This document shows positions 9,507 to 20,024 of a stretch of 36,874 nucleotides of DNA, piece after piece. Position numbers and translations under genes: made by a program. Each line of letters begins with the position of its first letter. The stretch's first letter is position 1. Below the pieces are notes generated by a model. That model did no database searches, was not told where the DNA came from, and saw nothing but the letters and a program-made list of their open reading frames with translations. The DNA comes from a virus. Lineage: Duplodnaviria > Caudoviricetes. The stretch covers positions 1-36,874 of IMG/VR virus record IMGVR_UViG_3300020045_000843; one strand, given 5' to 3'.

Positions 9507-11882
9507 ATGGCATCACAAAACATTGCTCGACTTGGCATTGTCCTTGGCTTGGACTCTGGCGAACTCGTCACCAAAATTACCGAAGCTCAACAGAAATTCA
9601 GCAAGTTCAAAGCTCAAATCAAGCGTGATAGTGAAGATGCCGCCAAGGAAATCGTGCGCCTTGAGATGGCTACCAAGAATTACGGCAAGACATTGACGGA
9701 GCTTGAAAAGATTGAAGACCAGATTCGTCTTGGAAAGTATCGCAATCAGCCTGACGTCATCATCAACAACCTAAAAGCCCAAGCCGCCGCATACGATAAA
9801 GTTGCCGCCGCTGCTAAAGCCGCAGAGCAGGCAAAAATGGGCAAGGCTGGTGGATTGACGCCACAACAGCAAGCCGCCCTTGGCTATCAAACAACTGACA
9901 TCATTACCAGCTTGGCTGGCGGTCAAAACCCAATGATGGTTCTGCTGCAACAAGGCGGTCAATTGCGCGACCAGTTCGGTGGATTCAAACCCTTGTTCCA
10001 AGCAATCACCGCAGCCGTTACCCCAATGATGTTGGGCTTTACGGCTTTGGCTGGTTCTATTGGTTTGGTTGGCTTGGCTTTGTATCGAGGCGAAGAAGAA
10101 GTCAACAAATTCAAGAATTCATTGGCTTTGACGGGCAATTACGCTGGCTTGACCATTGAAAAGTTCAATAATTTGTCAAAGGCTATTAGCACAAAATACA
10201 ACGCATCAATTGGTGATTCTCGCGAATTGATGCAAACGCTTGTTGGAACTGGTCAATTTACAGAGCGAACACTTGCCTCTGTCAGTTCTGCAATTTTGCG
10301 TGTTGCATCATTGTCTGGTCAAGCGGCGTCCGATGTTGCAAATAGCCTCATTCCATCTTTGGATGGCTCTGCTTCATCTGCAAAAAAGCTAAATGACACT
10401 TATCATTTCCTGACTCTTGAGCAGTACAAATACATTGAGGCGCTGAATAAGCAAGGCAAAACTCAAGATGCAATCAAATTTACATCTGATGCTTTGACTG
10501 AAAAGTTGACGCAGCAGGCAACTAAACTTGGCTATTTAGAAACCCTTTGGAAGAATCTAAAGAATGCAGCCAGCGGCTTCTGGGATTGGCTAAAAAGCAT
10601 TGGTCGCGACGACCCCGTAAAAGAGTTGGCGCAGCTTGAGGCTAAAATGGAAAACGCCATGAAGGGCGTTGCTTTCCGTTCTGGAAACACCAAGTTTTAT
10701 GACACTCTCAAGGCCAAGCACGACAAGCTAAAAGCCGAGATGCAGGCTGATACGGCAAAGGCCGAGGCTGATTCCGCTGCCACAGAGAAGAACAAAGAAA
10801 AAATTGACGCCTATGCTGGTGCCGGTGGCGCTGCCAAAGCGATTTCAATTGCTCAAAAGACGGCTGAAATTATTGCTCAAACAGAGTACGAGACAAAAGC
10901 CTATGGACTTGAGCGCATTGCCCAAATTGAACTTTCCAAGGCTCGCGATATTGAGATTGCAAAAAGCGAAATAGTTAAGCGAAATCAAGACGAGCGATTT
11001 GCAATGGCATCTGCAAATGCCGACGAACTTGCTGCTCGAATTAAACAAATCAATGCAAAAGCCGAGCGCGAAAAAGAAGACCTTTACAAAGAGGCTCGCA
11101 AAAAGTTTGAAGACCTTGCCAAAACAGAGCAGGACTCTATTGAGAAAGAGCGTGAGCGCCTTCAAGTCTACAAAGAAAATATCCTTGCAAGTCAACAGGA
11201 CTTGGATATTGCCCTGTCTCGCCTGAAAACTCAACAGGACTTGGTGACGCTGAATAAGCAAGAGAACATGAAAGACGCAGACCGCGCGGCTGCTGCTTCA
11301 CGTATTCAATATCTCGATAAGCAGCGCGAAGCAGTAATTATGCAGCGCGAGGAATTGAAGCGCCTCCAAGACATGAATCAATCCGTGTTCAACAACATGG
11401 GTAATGCCATTGACAATTTTGTTCGCACAAGCAAACTGTCATTTAAAGACCTCACTCGCAGCATCATCACAGACCTCATCTCTATTGCGATGAAGGCTCA
11501 GATGATGTCTATGTTCAAGGGTTTTAGCTTCTTTGGTGGCGGCGGCGGGGGTGGCGCTCCTGTTGGTGACTTTGGTGGCCCATCAATGGCTGCTGCGCCT
11601 GTGTTTGCGGCAAACGGTTCAGAGGCGCAAGCTGGTCAACCGTTCTACGTTGGCGAGCAAGGCCCAGAATTGTTTGTGCCTCAAGGCGCAGGCACAATCA
11701 TGCCAAACAAGATGGTTGGAGCCATGATGAACAATCAGCCTCAAGTCGTCTACAACGGCCCATATATCGCCAATATGAGCGCAATCGACACTCAATCTGG
11801 CGTTCAATTCTTGGCTAGAAATAAGCAAACAATTTGGGCCGTGAACCAATCGGCGCAGCGTTCTTTACCCGTGAGCAAATAA
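9507..11882 (+). CDS. Tape measure protein (lambda H-like)
   Basis: TDIITSLAGGQNPMMVLLQQGGQLRD, LALTGNYAG, long helical body, C-terminal YVGEQGPELFVP. Confidence 0.93.
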   Translation: MASQNIARLGIVLGLDSGELVTKITEAQQKFSKFKAQIKRDSEDAAKEIVRLEMATKNYGKTLTELEKIEDQIRLGKYRNQPDVIINNLKAQAAAYDKVAAAAKAAEQAKMGKAGGLTPQQQAALGYQTTDIITSLAGGQNPMMVLLQQGGQLRDQFGGFKPLFQAITAAVTPMMLGFTALAGSIGLVGLALYRGEEEVNKFKNSLALTGNYAGLTIEKFNNLSKAISTKYNASIGDSRELMQTLVGTGQFTERTLASVSSAILRVASLSGQAASDVANSLIPSLDGSASSAKKLNDTYHFLTLEQYKYIEALNKQGKTQDAIKFTSDALTEKLTQQATKLGYLETLWKNLKNAASGFWDWLKSIGRDDPVKELAQLEAKMENAMKGVAFRSGNTKFYDTLKAKHDKLKAEMQADTAKAEADSAATEKNKEKIDAYAGAGGAAKAISIAQKTAEIIAQTEYETKAYGLERIAQIELSKARDIEIAKSEIVKRNQDERFAMASANADELAARIKQINAKAEREKEDLYKEARKKFEDLAKTEQDSIEKERERLQVYKENILASQQDLDIALSRLKTQQDLVTLNKQENMKDADRAAAASRIQYLDKQREAVIMQREELKRLQDMNQSVFNNMGNAIDNFVRTSKLSFKDLTRSIITDLISIAMKAQMMSMFKGFSFFGGGGGGGAPVGDFGGPSMAAAPVFAANGSEAQAGQPFYVGEQGPELFVPQGAGTIMPNKMVGAMMNNQPQVVYNGPYIANMSAIDTQSGVQFLARNKQTIWAVNQSAQRSLPVSK

Positions 11883-11883
11883 C

Positions 11884-12564
11884 ATGAGCCTACAAAACAT
11901 TCTTGCAATCTGCGAGTCCGTTGGTATCAATGACCAGCGATTTGTGGGTCAAACCGTCAGTCGCAACCAACGAATCATCACCTCCGAGATTCTGACGGTG
12001 GTTCCTTTCGCCTTCGATATGAAGCCGATGAACTATCTGTACTACTCTCAAAATCGTGGCGTTTTAAATAGCTTGCGAATTGCTGACAAATCGCTTGAGC
12101 AATATTTGAATTTCGGAACAACTGGATGGTTGAACTACATCAAATATCAAGGCGAATTGACGCCTTTGCAAATCTCTGGTTGCCAGTGGCAAACCTCTAG
12201 CGCAAACAAAACCTTGGTTCTTGGAAATTTGCCGTCCGTATCTTTGACGACATACATTGTTCGAGAAGGTGATTTTGTCCAAGTTGGTCGCTATTCATAC
12301 ATTGCAACCGCAGATGTCCAGCGCGGCACAAACTCGACGGTGAACATTCCAGTTCACAGAAATCTGATTGAGACTCTTGTAAGTCCAGTTGACGCCGTGA
12401 TGGGCGAGTTTGGTTCAACAGTCAGCATGGGTGGTGACGTTTACACTGGAATCACATTCCCTGTTGTACTTCGCGAATACCCGACATACACTCTGATTCC
12501 AATCACCAACGACTCATTCATTCAATGGAATGGTGGGTTCAAAGCCTTTGAGTCTGTCCTATGA
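11884..12564 (+). CDS. Distal tail protein (putative)
   Basis: First gene after TMP; GDFVQVG motif; ends FESVL. Confidence 0.7.
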   Translation: MSLQNILAICESVGINDQRFVGQTVSRNQRIITSEILTVVPFAFDMKPMNYLYYSQNRGVLNSLRIADKSLEQYLNFGTTGWLNYIKYQGELTPLQISGCQWQTSSANKTLVLGNLPSVSLTTYIVREGDFVQVGRYSYIATADVQRGTNSTVNIPVHRNLIETLVSPVDAVMGEFGSTVSMGGDVYTGITFPVVLREYPTYTLIPITNDSFIQWNGGFKAFESVL

Positions 12565-13166
12565 ACGTAATCACGCCAGTTGACGGAACAAACAACATTC
12601 GCTATGCGGACTTCATTCGCATCACGACCCCTGACAATACGTATCTATTCACAACGGCCCCTTCAAACATAACCGTTTCTGCCGTTGATGCCGCCGAATT
12701 TGATGCTGTTGGTGTGTTGATTAAAGTTGGCGAGGCTCAACGCGACATCAAAAGTACCGCCAATGAAACCACAGTCACGCTGACTGGCATCGACACTGCA
12801 ATGCTTGGCTTTGTGCTTGGTCAACAAGTCAAGGGTGCGCAGCTTGAGATGTGGCATGGCTTTTTTGATACAAATGGCTCTCTCATCACGACTGGTGGTG
12901 TTGGCGGTCTTTATCAATTCTTCAATGGCTTTATCAGCTCATTCTCTATTTCAGAGCAATGGATGGAAGAATTGAGGATGTACGTTGGCACAATCACCGT
13001 CAGCGCATCATCCATTCAGCTAATTTTGCAAAACAGAACCGCTGGAAGATACACGAACAACAACTCTTGGCAGTTCTTTGCACCCGGCGACACTTCGATG
13101 AATCGCGTGAACTTCATCGAAACCATCAACTACCAGTTTGGCAAAAATGCGCCCATCAATTCGTGA
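12561..13166 (+). CDS. Tail tip / hub protein (putative)
   Basis: Position; VTLTGID, FFNGFI, QFFAPGD.SM..V C-terminal motif seen in siphovirus hub proteins. Confidence 0.65.
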   Translation: MNVITPVDGTNNIRYADFIRITTPDNTYLFTTAPSNITVSAVDAAEFDAVGVLIKVGEAQRDIKSTANETTVTLTGIDTAMLGFVLGQQVKGAQLEMWHGFFDTNGSLITTGGVGGLYQFFNGFISSFSISEQWMEELRMYVGTITVSASSIQLILQNRTAGRYTNNNSWQFFAPGDTSMNRVNFIETINYQFGKNAPINS

Positions 13167-13599
13167 TGCTTCTCCATTTGACATTCCAGCCATTCTGGAT
13201 ATGCTCAGAAGCTATCGAAGATTAACTCCTTTGCCATTTTTGGCCGAAGCTGATGATGCTGAGTATGTGACCAAGATGCTCACAGAATTGATGGCTGGTA
13301 AAGGGCTTGTTCTGATTGCCGACAAGGACGGAATTGCTGGAATGCTGATTGCCGTCATTGCGCCAAGTATGTGGTCGCCAAAGCATCTTGTGATGACTGA
13401 GATGGCCTATTGGGTTGAGCCTGAGTGCAGGGGCGGCACGATGGGATATAGGCTCCTTGCTGAGTACAAACAAAGGGGCGACGAACTCAAGAAAAATGGT
13501 CGCATCTGCAATTATTTAATCAGTAAAATGAGCAACAGCCCGAACCTTCAATATCAGAAGTTCGGATTCGAGAAACTAGAAGAATTTTGGGTGGCCTAA
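13147..13599 (+). CDS. GNAT-family acetyltransferase-like protein
   Basis: IRDASPFDIPAIL start, YWVEPECRGGTMGYRLL acetyl-CoA motif A, YQKFGFEK. Confidence 0.8.
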   Translation: MRPSIRDASPFDIPAILDMLRSYRRLTPLPFLAEADDAEYVTKMLTELMAGKGLVLIADKDGIAGMLIAVIAPSMWSPKHLVMTEMAYWVEPECRGGTMGYRLLAEYKQRGDELKKNGRICNYLISKMSNSPNLQYQKFGFEKLEEFWVA

Positions 13600-13600
13600 T

Positions 13601-16600
13601 ATGCCGGGTTCAATCATCGTCGCTCAAGCCTTTGGCGCTGCCTTTGCTGCAACTTGGGCGGGTGCAGCCTTGGCATTTGCCATCAACATGGTGGCCTCGT
13701 CAATCATCTCCAAAGCATTTGGAGCAGAAGGGCCAAACTTTAACGATTCCCAAGGAAATCCGAATCCCGGCAGTCGCGCTCAAGTTCCTCCTGCTGGAGA
13801 CAACAAGGTTCCAGTGATTTATGGCTCTGCGTATGTTGGCGGCATTGTCACGGACTTGTCCATCACCTCGGACAATCAGCGTTTGTATTACGTGATGACT
13901 CTTGCCGAAGTGACCAACACGGAAACCGGCGGAACTCCTGATGACTACACCTTTGGCAACATTTATTGGGGTGGCAAAAAGTGCATCTTTGGCGCGGATG
14001 GTGCTGTTACCGGATTGCTTGATGAATCAACGGGAATCACAGACACATCCGTAAATGGCAAGCTGTCAATTTACACATTCAAAAACGGCTCAAGCTCTGG
14101 CACAAACACATCCCTGACTGCTCTTGACATAATGAATCAATCTGGTTTGGTTTACACATGGGATGTGTCCAAGCTGATGACCAATTGTGCTTTTGCAATC
14201 ATCAAGATTACATATAGCCAATCGGCAAACTTGACTGGCCTCCAGCAGACTAAATTCCAGCTCACAAATAGCCGATATGCGCCCGGCGCTTGTTTCTTGG
14301 ACTATTTAACGTCCGAGCGCTATGGCGCTGGAATTCCTTTGGCAAACATCAACACAGACAGTCTTGATGAATTGGATTTGTATTGCGCAGAAAACTTTGT
14401 ATATACAGGCTATGACGGCGGCGTATATGGTCAAACAAGGTTCCGTTTTGATGGAACATTGGACACGACACAAACGATTATGAGCAACTTGCAGCTCATG
14501 GCCGCTTGCTGTGATTGCTTGATTAAGTACAACGAGATTACTGGACAATGGGGCGTCATTGTTCAAACGCCAACTGTTGTTCCAGTCATGGACATCAACA
14601 ACAGCAACATGGTGTCTGCAATCACAATCACTCCGATTGATATTGCATCCAGTTACAACATTGCAGAAGTCAAATTCCCAGACGGGACGGCGAAAGATTC
14701 GTTTAATTCGGCCACATTTGATTTGGCTGTCATCAATCCGTCTTTACTCTACCCGAACGAACCAATCAACAAGCAAACAATCAGCTTGCCATTGGTCAAC
14801 AACAGCACTCGCGCCCAATACCTCGCCAATCGCTTCTTGGAAGGCGCAAGAGAAGATTTGCAAGTGCAAGTCGAAATCAACTACGAAGGCTTGCAGCTTG
14901 AGGCTGGCGATGTTGTCACTGTCACAAACTCAAATTATGGATGGACAGCAAAACAATTCCGAATCAACAAGGTTACAGAGAAGTTCGCGGATGATGGTTC
15001 AATCACTGTCGCTCTTTCTCTGATGGAGTTCAATGCTTCTGTCTACGATGATGTAAACATTACAGAGTTCACTCCTGCTCCAAATACAGGCATTGGTGAC
15101 CCTCTGTTTTTTGGTACGCTGTATGCGCCTGTAATTACCAATTTGCAGCCAGACATCACCAATCCATCATTTGCTGTCAACGTCACTGCTGCATCTTCTG
15201 GAATTGTTCAGTATGCAGAGATTTGGTATTCTGCGTTTGCATCTCCAACTGACAGCCAAAGGATTTTTGCTGGCACGACTGCCGTGAATCCCGGCGGGAA
15301 TCCGTTCACTCCTGATGTGAGCATGGGCGCTGTTACCTTGTCCAGCATTCCAAACGGGGATTGGTATTTCTCTGTTCGCATGGTCAACGCGCTTGGCTCA
15401 AGCATCTTTTCGCCATCATCGACCGTTCTTCGTTGGAGGCCAACAACCTTCCAGTACGCAGAGCGTTATCTGGTGGTCGCGTATGGCGATGACTTGAGTG
15501 GAACAAACCTTTCTAGCAGTCCACGCAACAAAGATTACTATGGCTTACTGAACTCCTCGACATCCAACTTTTCGACCAATCCTGCTGACTACACATGGTA
15601 TTTGGCGCAGCCGACATTTGGAACAAGCGTATATCTGCTCTACACAAACAGAACAGGTCGCAAGTTTAGTTTTGCTTCTGGATTTGCTGATTACGCCGCT
15701 GGAACTGCTCAATTCGTTCCTTCCGCGACAGGAACGTATGACCCATCCATTTGGCAAGCATTGGAAGACGGAACCAACTCGATTGACCTCGATGTTCGTA
15801 CTGGTCAACTACTTGAGACTGGAACCACAAGCATTGGCTCTGGTGAAATTGCCATCAACAACAACGCTGACGGAAAGATTGTTGCCTCATTGGCTCAGCT
15901 TTTAGATTTTGGCTCTGGCGTTCAAACCTTGACTGGTTCTGCATCGACCGTGACTATTGACATTTACGGTCGCGTTCTTGGGTTCTCCACGCCTGATGGT
16001 TTCTACTACACGCGCTACGCAGTTGTTGCAACCGCTGGTCAAACGGTGTTCACCCCAACGGCTCGTCAAGCCAACTACATCGTTGGCATGGACTTGGTTT
16101 TTGTCAATGGCATATTGCTTGACACATCCGATTACACAGAGAACAGTACCACTGTGACTCTGAATACTGGTATTGCAAGCGGAACTCAAGTCGTGATTAT
16201 TTCCATGAGGGCTATCTCTCAGGGTATCAATTACGTCAGTCAGTACATTACGGTTTCTTCGGTTCTTCTGAATGTTGTCACATACAACACTGCTTTGCCA
16301 TATCAAAGCATTGTTGCTGGAGATATTCATACGTTCACAACCTCTGGGACGCCCACGCAGTACACGGTTTCGGCTTGGAATTCCGTAACCAAGCAAATCA
16401 CATACACCGCCCCTGTGATTGGCGTTTCCGCTGGTGCGACAATTTATCAATATCGTTCATCTGGAATGAGCTATCGCCCATTCAGTCGATTCACTACCAC
16501 ATTGACTGGCGCGACCAGCTACACGCCAACGACTTGGGCTTTGCATAGCGGTTACGAAAAGATTTTCCTTGGCGGAGCATCTGTGAATGACCAAGATTAC

Positions 16601-16915
16601 GACATCTCCGCTGGCTCAATCAATAACTTCCCTTCCACGGCAAATGGTCTGTTGACTGTTATCCAGTTCAACGACAACAACCAAACTGTGCCAATTGGAA
16701 ATCAGACGAGTACATCAATCAATACGATTGTTGGCGTGTCTATCTACAATTACAATTTCAATGCAGACGCTTTTGAGTTGTATAACAATGGCGCACTTCA
16801 AGTGCTGACAGGTGACTACACCTTGGGTTCTACTTCGTACACGCTGACAACAACGCCAGCCACGACTTTGAACATTTTGCAACAAACGACATACACACGG
16901 ACAGGAGCCGCTTAA
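13601..16915 (+). CDS. Tail tip / central fibre (lambda J-like host specificity protein)
   Basis: VPVIYG, DYLTSERYGAGI, LEAGDVVTVT..YGW..KQFRI, FN3-like YFSVRMVNALG, Thr/Ser-rich C-terminal domains. Confidence 0.88.
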   Translation: MPGSIIVAQAFGAAFAATWAGAALAFAINMVASSIISKAFGAEGPNFNDSQGNPNPGSRAQVPPAGDNKVPVIYGSAYVGGIVTDLSITSDNQRLYYVMTLAEVTNTETGGTPDDYTFGNIYWGGKKCIFGADGAVTGLLDESTGITDTSVNGKLSIYTFKNGSSSGTNTSLTALDIMNQSGLVYTWDVSKLMTNCAFAIIKITYSQSANLTGLQQTKFQLTNSRYAPGACFLDYLTSERYGAGIPLANINTDSLDELDLYCAENFVYTGYDGGVYGQTRFRFDGTLDTTQTIMSNLQLMAACCDCLIKYNEITGQWGVIVQTPTVVPVMDINNSNMVSAITITPIDIASSYNIAEVKFPDGTAKDSFNSATFDLAVINPSLLYPNEPINKQTISLPLVNNSTRAQYLANRFLEGAREDLQVQVEINYEGLQLEAGDVVTVTNSNYGWTAKQFRINKVTEKFADDGSITVALSLMEFNASVYDDVNITEFTPAPNTGIGDPLFFGTLYAPVITNLQPDITNPSFAVNVTAASSGIVQYAEIWYSAFASPTDSQRIFAGTTAVNPGGNPFTPDVSMGAVTLSSIPNGDWYFSVRMVNALGSSIFSPSSTVLRWRPTTFQYAERYLVVAYGDDLSGTNLSSSPRNKDYYGLLNSSTSNFSTNPADYTWYLAQPTFGTSVYLLYTNRTGRKFSFASGFADYAAGTAQFVPSATGTYDPSIWQALEDGTNSIDLDVRTGQLLETGTTSIGSGEIAINNNADGKIVASLAQLLDFGSGVQTLTGSASTVTIDIYGRVLGFSTPDGFYYTRYAVVATAGQTVFTPTARQANYIVGMDLVFVNGILLDTSDYTENSTTVTLNTGIASGTQVVIISMRAISQGINYVSQYITVSSVLLNVVTYNTALPYQSIVAGDIHTFTTSGTPTQYTVSAWNSVTKQITYTAPVIGVSAGATIYQYRSSGMSYRPFSRFTTTLTGATSYTPTTWALHSGYEKIFLGGASVNDQDYDISAGSINNFPSTANGLLTVIQFNDNNQTVPIGNQTSTSINTIVGVSIYNYNFNADAFELYNNGALQVLTGDYTLGSTSYTLTTTPATTLNILQQTTYTRTGAA

Positions 16916-18010
16916 ATGACGCAAGCCTTCAATTTGGCGCTACTCGCCAACAACGTAAACAGTTCTGGACGGCTCAATGTCGATACAGGCATTTACAACA
17001 CAGTCAACATTGCAAACGGCGGAACAAACCTTTCCGCAACGCCAACAAACGGTCAGTTATTGATTGGTGATGGCACAGGTTACACGCTTGCCACTCTAAC
17101 GGCTGGCACTGGCATCTCTGTCACAAATACGGCTGGTGGAATCGCAATTGCGAACACGGTATCAGGCGGTAGCAGTGGCTCGTCTTTCCAGTATTGCGCG
17201 TTTACCGCATCCACATCTGGAACAACCCTCACGGTCACTGCAATCACTCAAGGCATTTTGAAGGTTGGCTCTATTATTGCTGGCACTGGCGTGACCGCTG
17301 GAACAACAATTACCGCCTTGGGTACTGGCACAGGCGGAACTGGTACATACACAATCAGCGTATCGCAGACATTGACAAGTCGCGCTATGACCTCAAGTCA
17401 GGCGACATTCACCATTCCAACTGCTGTGACTGCTTTGAAGGTTACTGTTGTTGGCGGTGGTGGAGGTGGCGCTGGTATCTATGGCGCGGCATATAACGCT
17501 ATTAGTGGCGGTGGTGGGGGCGGCGGTGGCGCGGCTATCTCCTATTTAACAGGTCTTACCCCCGGTGCAACTTTAACCGTAACACAAGGCGCTGGTGGTA
17601 GTGCTGGTCCCGGTGGTGGTCCGGGTTCCAATACAGGAGGAACTGGAGGTGCATCTAGTGTTGCCTCTGGCACTCAAACAATTACCACAATTTCTGCTAC
17701 TGGTGGGGCAGGCGGTACCGCAGGAACTAGCTCTGGTAGTGGAGGTGCTGGCGGCATCGGCTCTAGTGGCACTATGAATATAGCTGGGTGTGGAGGTGGC
17801 GGTGGCTCTTACCCCAGTGGTGGGGGGGTGCTGCCGAGCGGGTCTGGTGGAGGCTCCATTTTCGGAGGTGGGGCGCAAGCAGTCTCTTATAACGGAGCTG
17901 GTGTTGCTGGACGTGCATACGGCGGCGGAGGTAGCGGCGGTACGACTTCCGTCGGTACTGACCAGAATGGCGGCGCTGGCGCAGCAGGTGTTGTTGTTTT
18001 TGAATGGTGA
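16916..18010 (+). CDS. Tail fibre / receptor-binding protein with glycine-rich C-terminal domain
   Basis: IANGGT and GQLLIG fibre motifs; [19 protein letters not shown]...[12 protein letters not shown] Gly-rich domain. Confidence 0.8.
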   Translation: MTQAFNLALLANNVNSSGRLNVDTGIYNTVNIANGGTNLSATPTNGQLLIGDGTGYTLATLTAGTGISVTNTAGGIAIANTVSGGSSGSSFQYCAFTASTSGTTLTVTAITQGILKVGSIIAGTGVTAGTTITALGTGTGGTGTYTISVSQTLTSRAMTSSQATFTIPTAVTALKVTVVGGGGGGAGIYGAAYNAISGGGGGGGGAAISYLTGLTPGATLTVTQGAGGSAGPGGGPGSNTGGTGGASSVASGTQTITTISATGGAGGTAGTSSGSGGAGGIGSSGTMNIAGCGGGGGSYPSGGGVLPSGSGGGSIFGGGAQAVSYNGAGVAGRAYGGGGSGGTTSVGTDQNGGAGAAGVVVFEW

Positions 18011-18015
18011 TGAAC

Positions 18016-18216
18016 ATGAAAGCACTTATCTCAAGCATTGAGCCTGTTCAATCAGGCTTTCGCGTGGCTCAAGTTGAGTCAGATGCAAACATCTTCCCCG
18101 TGGCAGATGCTCTATTTTGGGTATCTTGTTCTAATGAAGTTGTAGCAGACCAGTTCTATTACGACCCAGAAGATGAGACAATAAAGCCAATTCCGATACC
18201 CACTAAAGGCGTCTAA
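18016..18216 (+). CDS. Small fibre-associated protein (possible chaperone/adaptor)
   Basis: Directly follows Gly-rich fibre; RVAQV, FPVA..LFWV.C...V.ADQFYYD. Confidence 0.65.
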   Translation: MKALISSIEPVQSGFRVAQVESDANIFPVADALFWVSCSNEVVADQFYYDPEDETIKPIPIPTKGV

Positions 18217-18218
18217 TC

Positions 18219-18914
18219 ATGGCAGTCCCATACGCTAGAGACAGGTCAATCTTCCGCTCATCCTACAATCCAAACGTAGGAACAGCAGAGGCTACTATTT
18301 GGCCTAAAAACACGGCGTATGTGTTTCCCTCTGCGGCTGGCTATATGATGCTTTACAGCTCATCCGTGGCCGATGTGGGTCAACTTGTTTTGATTGATGG
18401 TCTTGACGCAAATTACGTTGAGATTTCTGAGGTCTTGGTTTTGAATGGGCAAACAGGCATTCAGACCTCTCTCCAGTATTTGCGCATCAACACAATGACT
18501 GTCCTCACGGATAGTCCTCAAGGCAATATTTCATTGGGTACAGGCGTTGCCACGGCTGGCGTTCCTGTCAATACCTACGGTTACATTCATGCAGGTGACA
18601 ACGTAAGCAATGCAGCCGTCTACACGGTTCCGGCTGGCTACACCCTTCGCCTTTCCTCTGGTTCAATCTCTGCTGGTGGCTCAACTGGTTCGCAAACAGT
18701 CACAGCAAAATTCCGCAGCCGAGTGAATGGCGTGACATATCTCACGGCCAACATCTCGATTGCAAACAACTATCAATTCTTCCCATACAACCCAACACTT
18801 GAAGTTCCTGAAAAGACGGATGTTTACAACAACGCTTTCACGAACGCAAACACTTCGTCTGTGTCTGCGACCTTCAATGGTTGGCTCGTCAAAAACAACA
18901 TTGTTCGGAACTAA
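18219..18914 (+). CDS. Hypothetical beta-rich protein, likely virion-associated
   Basis: 231-aa ORF with TIW, IDGLDANY, LNGQT, YTVPAGYT motifs; located in tail module. Confidence 0.6.
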   Translation: MAVPYARDRSIFRSSYNPNVGTAEATIWPKNTAYVFPSAAGYMMLYSSSVADVGQLVLIDGLDANYVEISEVLVLNGQTGIQTSLQYLRINTMTVLTDSPQGNISLGTGVATAGVPVNTYGYIHAGDNVSNAAVYTVPAGYTLRLSSGSISAGGSTGSQTVTAKFRSRVNGVTYLTANISIANNYQFFPYNPTLEVPEKTDVYNNAFTNANTSSVSATFNGWLVKNNIVRN

Positions 18915-18917
18915 GAA

Positions 18918-19109
18918 ATGGCAACTGAACACTCAACTGAAACGGTCGCGGCTGTGGTAACAAAGGTAGCTCCCCCTGCAACAGTATCCCTTGCAAGCGT
19001 AGCTGGCTATCAAGTCAGTGAATTGGTTTTGTGGGCAACGCTGATTTACACGGTTTTGATGATTGGTCACAAGTGCTGGCAAATCGTCAAAGAAGTGAAG
19101 GACGAGTGA
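18918..19109 (+). CDS. Holin-like small membrane protein
   Basis: 63 aa, hydrophobic segments (LVLWATLIYTVLMIG), charged C-terminus, start of lysis region. Confidence 0.6.
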   Translation: MATEHSTETVAAVVTKVAPPATVSLASVAGYQVSELVLWATLIYTVLMIGHKCWQIVKEVKDE

Positions 19110-19110
19110 T

Positions 19111-19854
19111 GTGCTTGACCCAATCTCTATTGGGTTGGCTATCAAAGCAATGCAGGGTGCTTTTACAGGCATCCAATACTGTATGGACGCTTTGTCTGAC
19201 GGCAAGGTTCAAGTCCAGAAAATCAAGAAAGCAGCCGAAGATGCTCAGGCTATTGCGTCTGAGGTTAAGAGCGCTTGGTCAATCATCAAAGGTGTATTTG
19301 GAACAGCGAAGCCTACTGATAGACCGAATGGAAAAACATCTCCTCACGCCTCTGAATCAAGCGCACCCCGAGGAGCCTCTACAAAGCAAAACGATGTATA
19401 TGTCAGACATATCCCAACTGAGGCAGAAATTGTCCAACAGTTTGTAACGAATGTTGGTGACTTCTATCACCATCATCGAGAGCTGTCCGAGCTGTACGAC
19501 ACAAAATCCGAGGAGGTCTATGCAATGGATAGGCCAGACCCTCGCGACATCCTTCTCCTCTCCCAAATCAGGCACGAACTTGATGGGGCATACATGAAGC
19601 TCAGTGGCATGATGCGCGGCGCTCATGTGCCTCCGCAATTAGGCCCGTTGTGGGACAATTTCCACAAAATATACGAGAACGCAAAAGACAAACAGGCCGC
19701 AAGGCGGGAACGTGAACGTATTAGGAAACAGCAAGACTCATGGCAACGCGAGGAGGAGCATCTGGAACGGGTGGAATTCGTGGCGGCGGTGTTTCTGACG
19801 CTTCTATTCGTCGTGGAGCTGTGGGCCGTATGGATAAACTCATTTACAGATTGA
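19111..19854 (+). CDS. Hypothetical helical protein with C-terminal transmembrane anchor
   Basis: LDPISIG start, coiled-coil, C-terminal FVAAVFLTLLFVVELWAVW. Confidence 0.7.
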   Translation: MLDPISIGLAIKAMQGAFTGIQYCMDALSDGKVQVQKIKKAAEDAQAIASEVKSAWSIIKGVFGTAKPTDRPNGKTSPHASESSAPRGASTKQNDVYVRHIPTEAEIVQQFVTNVGDFYHHHRELSELYDTKSEEVYAMDRPDPRDILLLSQIRHELDGAYMKLSGMMRGAHVPPQLGPLWDNFHKIYENAKDKQAARRERERIRKQQDSWQREEEHLERVEFVAAVFLTLLFVVELWAVWINSFTD

Positions 19855-20024
19855 TTGTTGGACTAGCTTGCCTGATATTGGCAATCGTCCTCATAGTCAC
19901 GCCAATCGCAACCAAGATGTCTATCGAAATGGATAGGCGCGAGAAGCGCATGATTGAGCTGGAGAAAAGGTTACAGAAAAAGATAGAACAGTTTGAACAA
20001 CCTGACAAACCGAAAGGCGAATGA
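19830..20024 (+). CDS. Small protein with N-terminal TM and coiled-coil
   Basis: MDKLIYRLIVGLACLILAIVLIV then charged heptads; GGAG upstream; ATGA coupling to next gene. Confidence 0.65.
   Translation: MDKLIYRLIVGLACLILAIVLIVTPIATKMSIEMDRREKRMIELEKRLQKKIEQFEQPDKPKGE

Noticed and set aside
16916-18010. Diversity-generating retroelement target in the fibre
   Set aside because: No reverse transcriptase and no template/variable repeat pair seen
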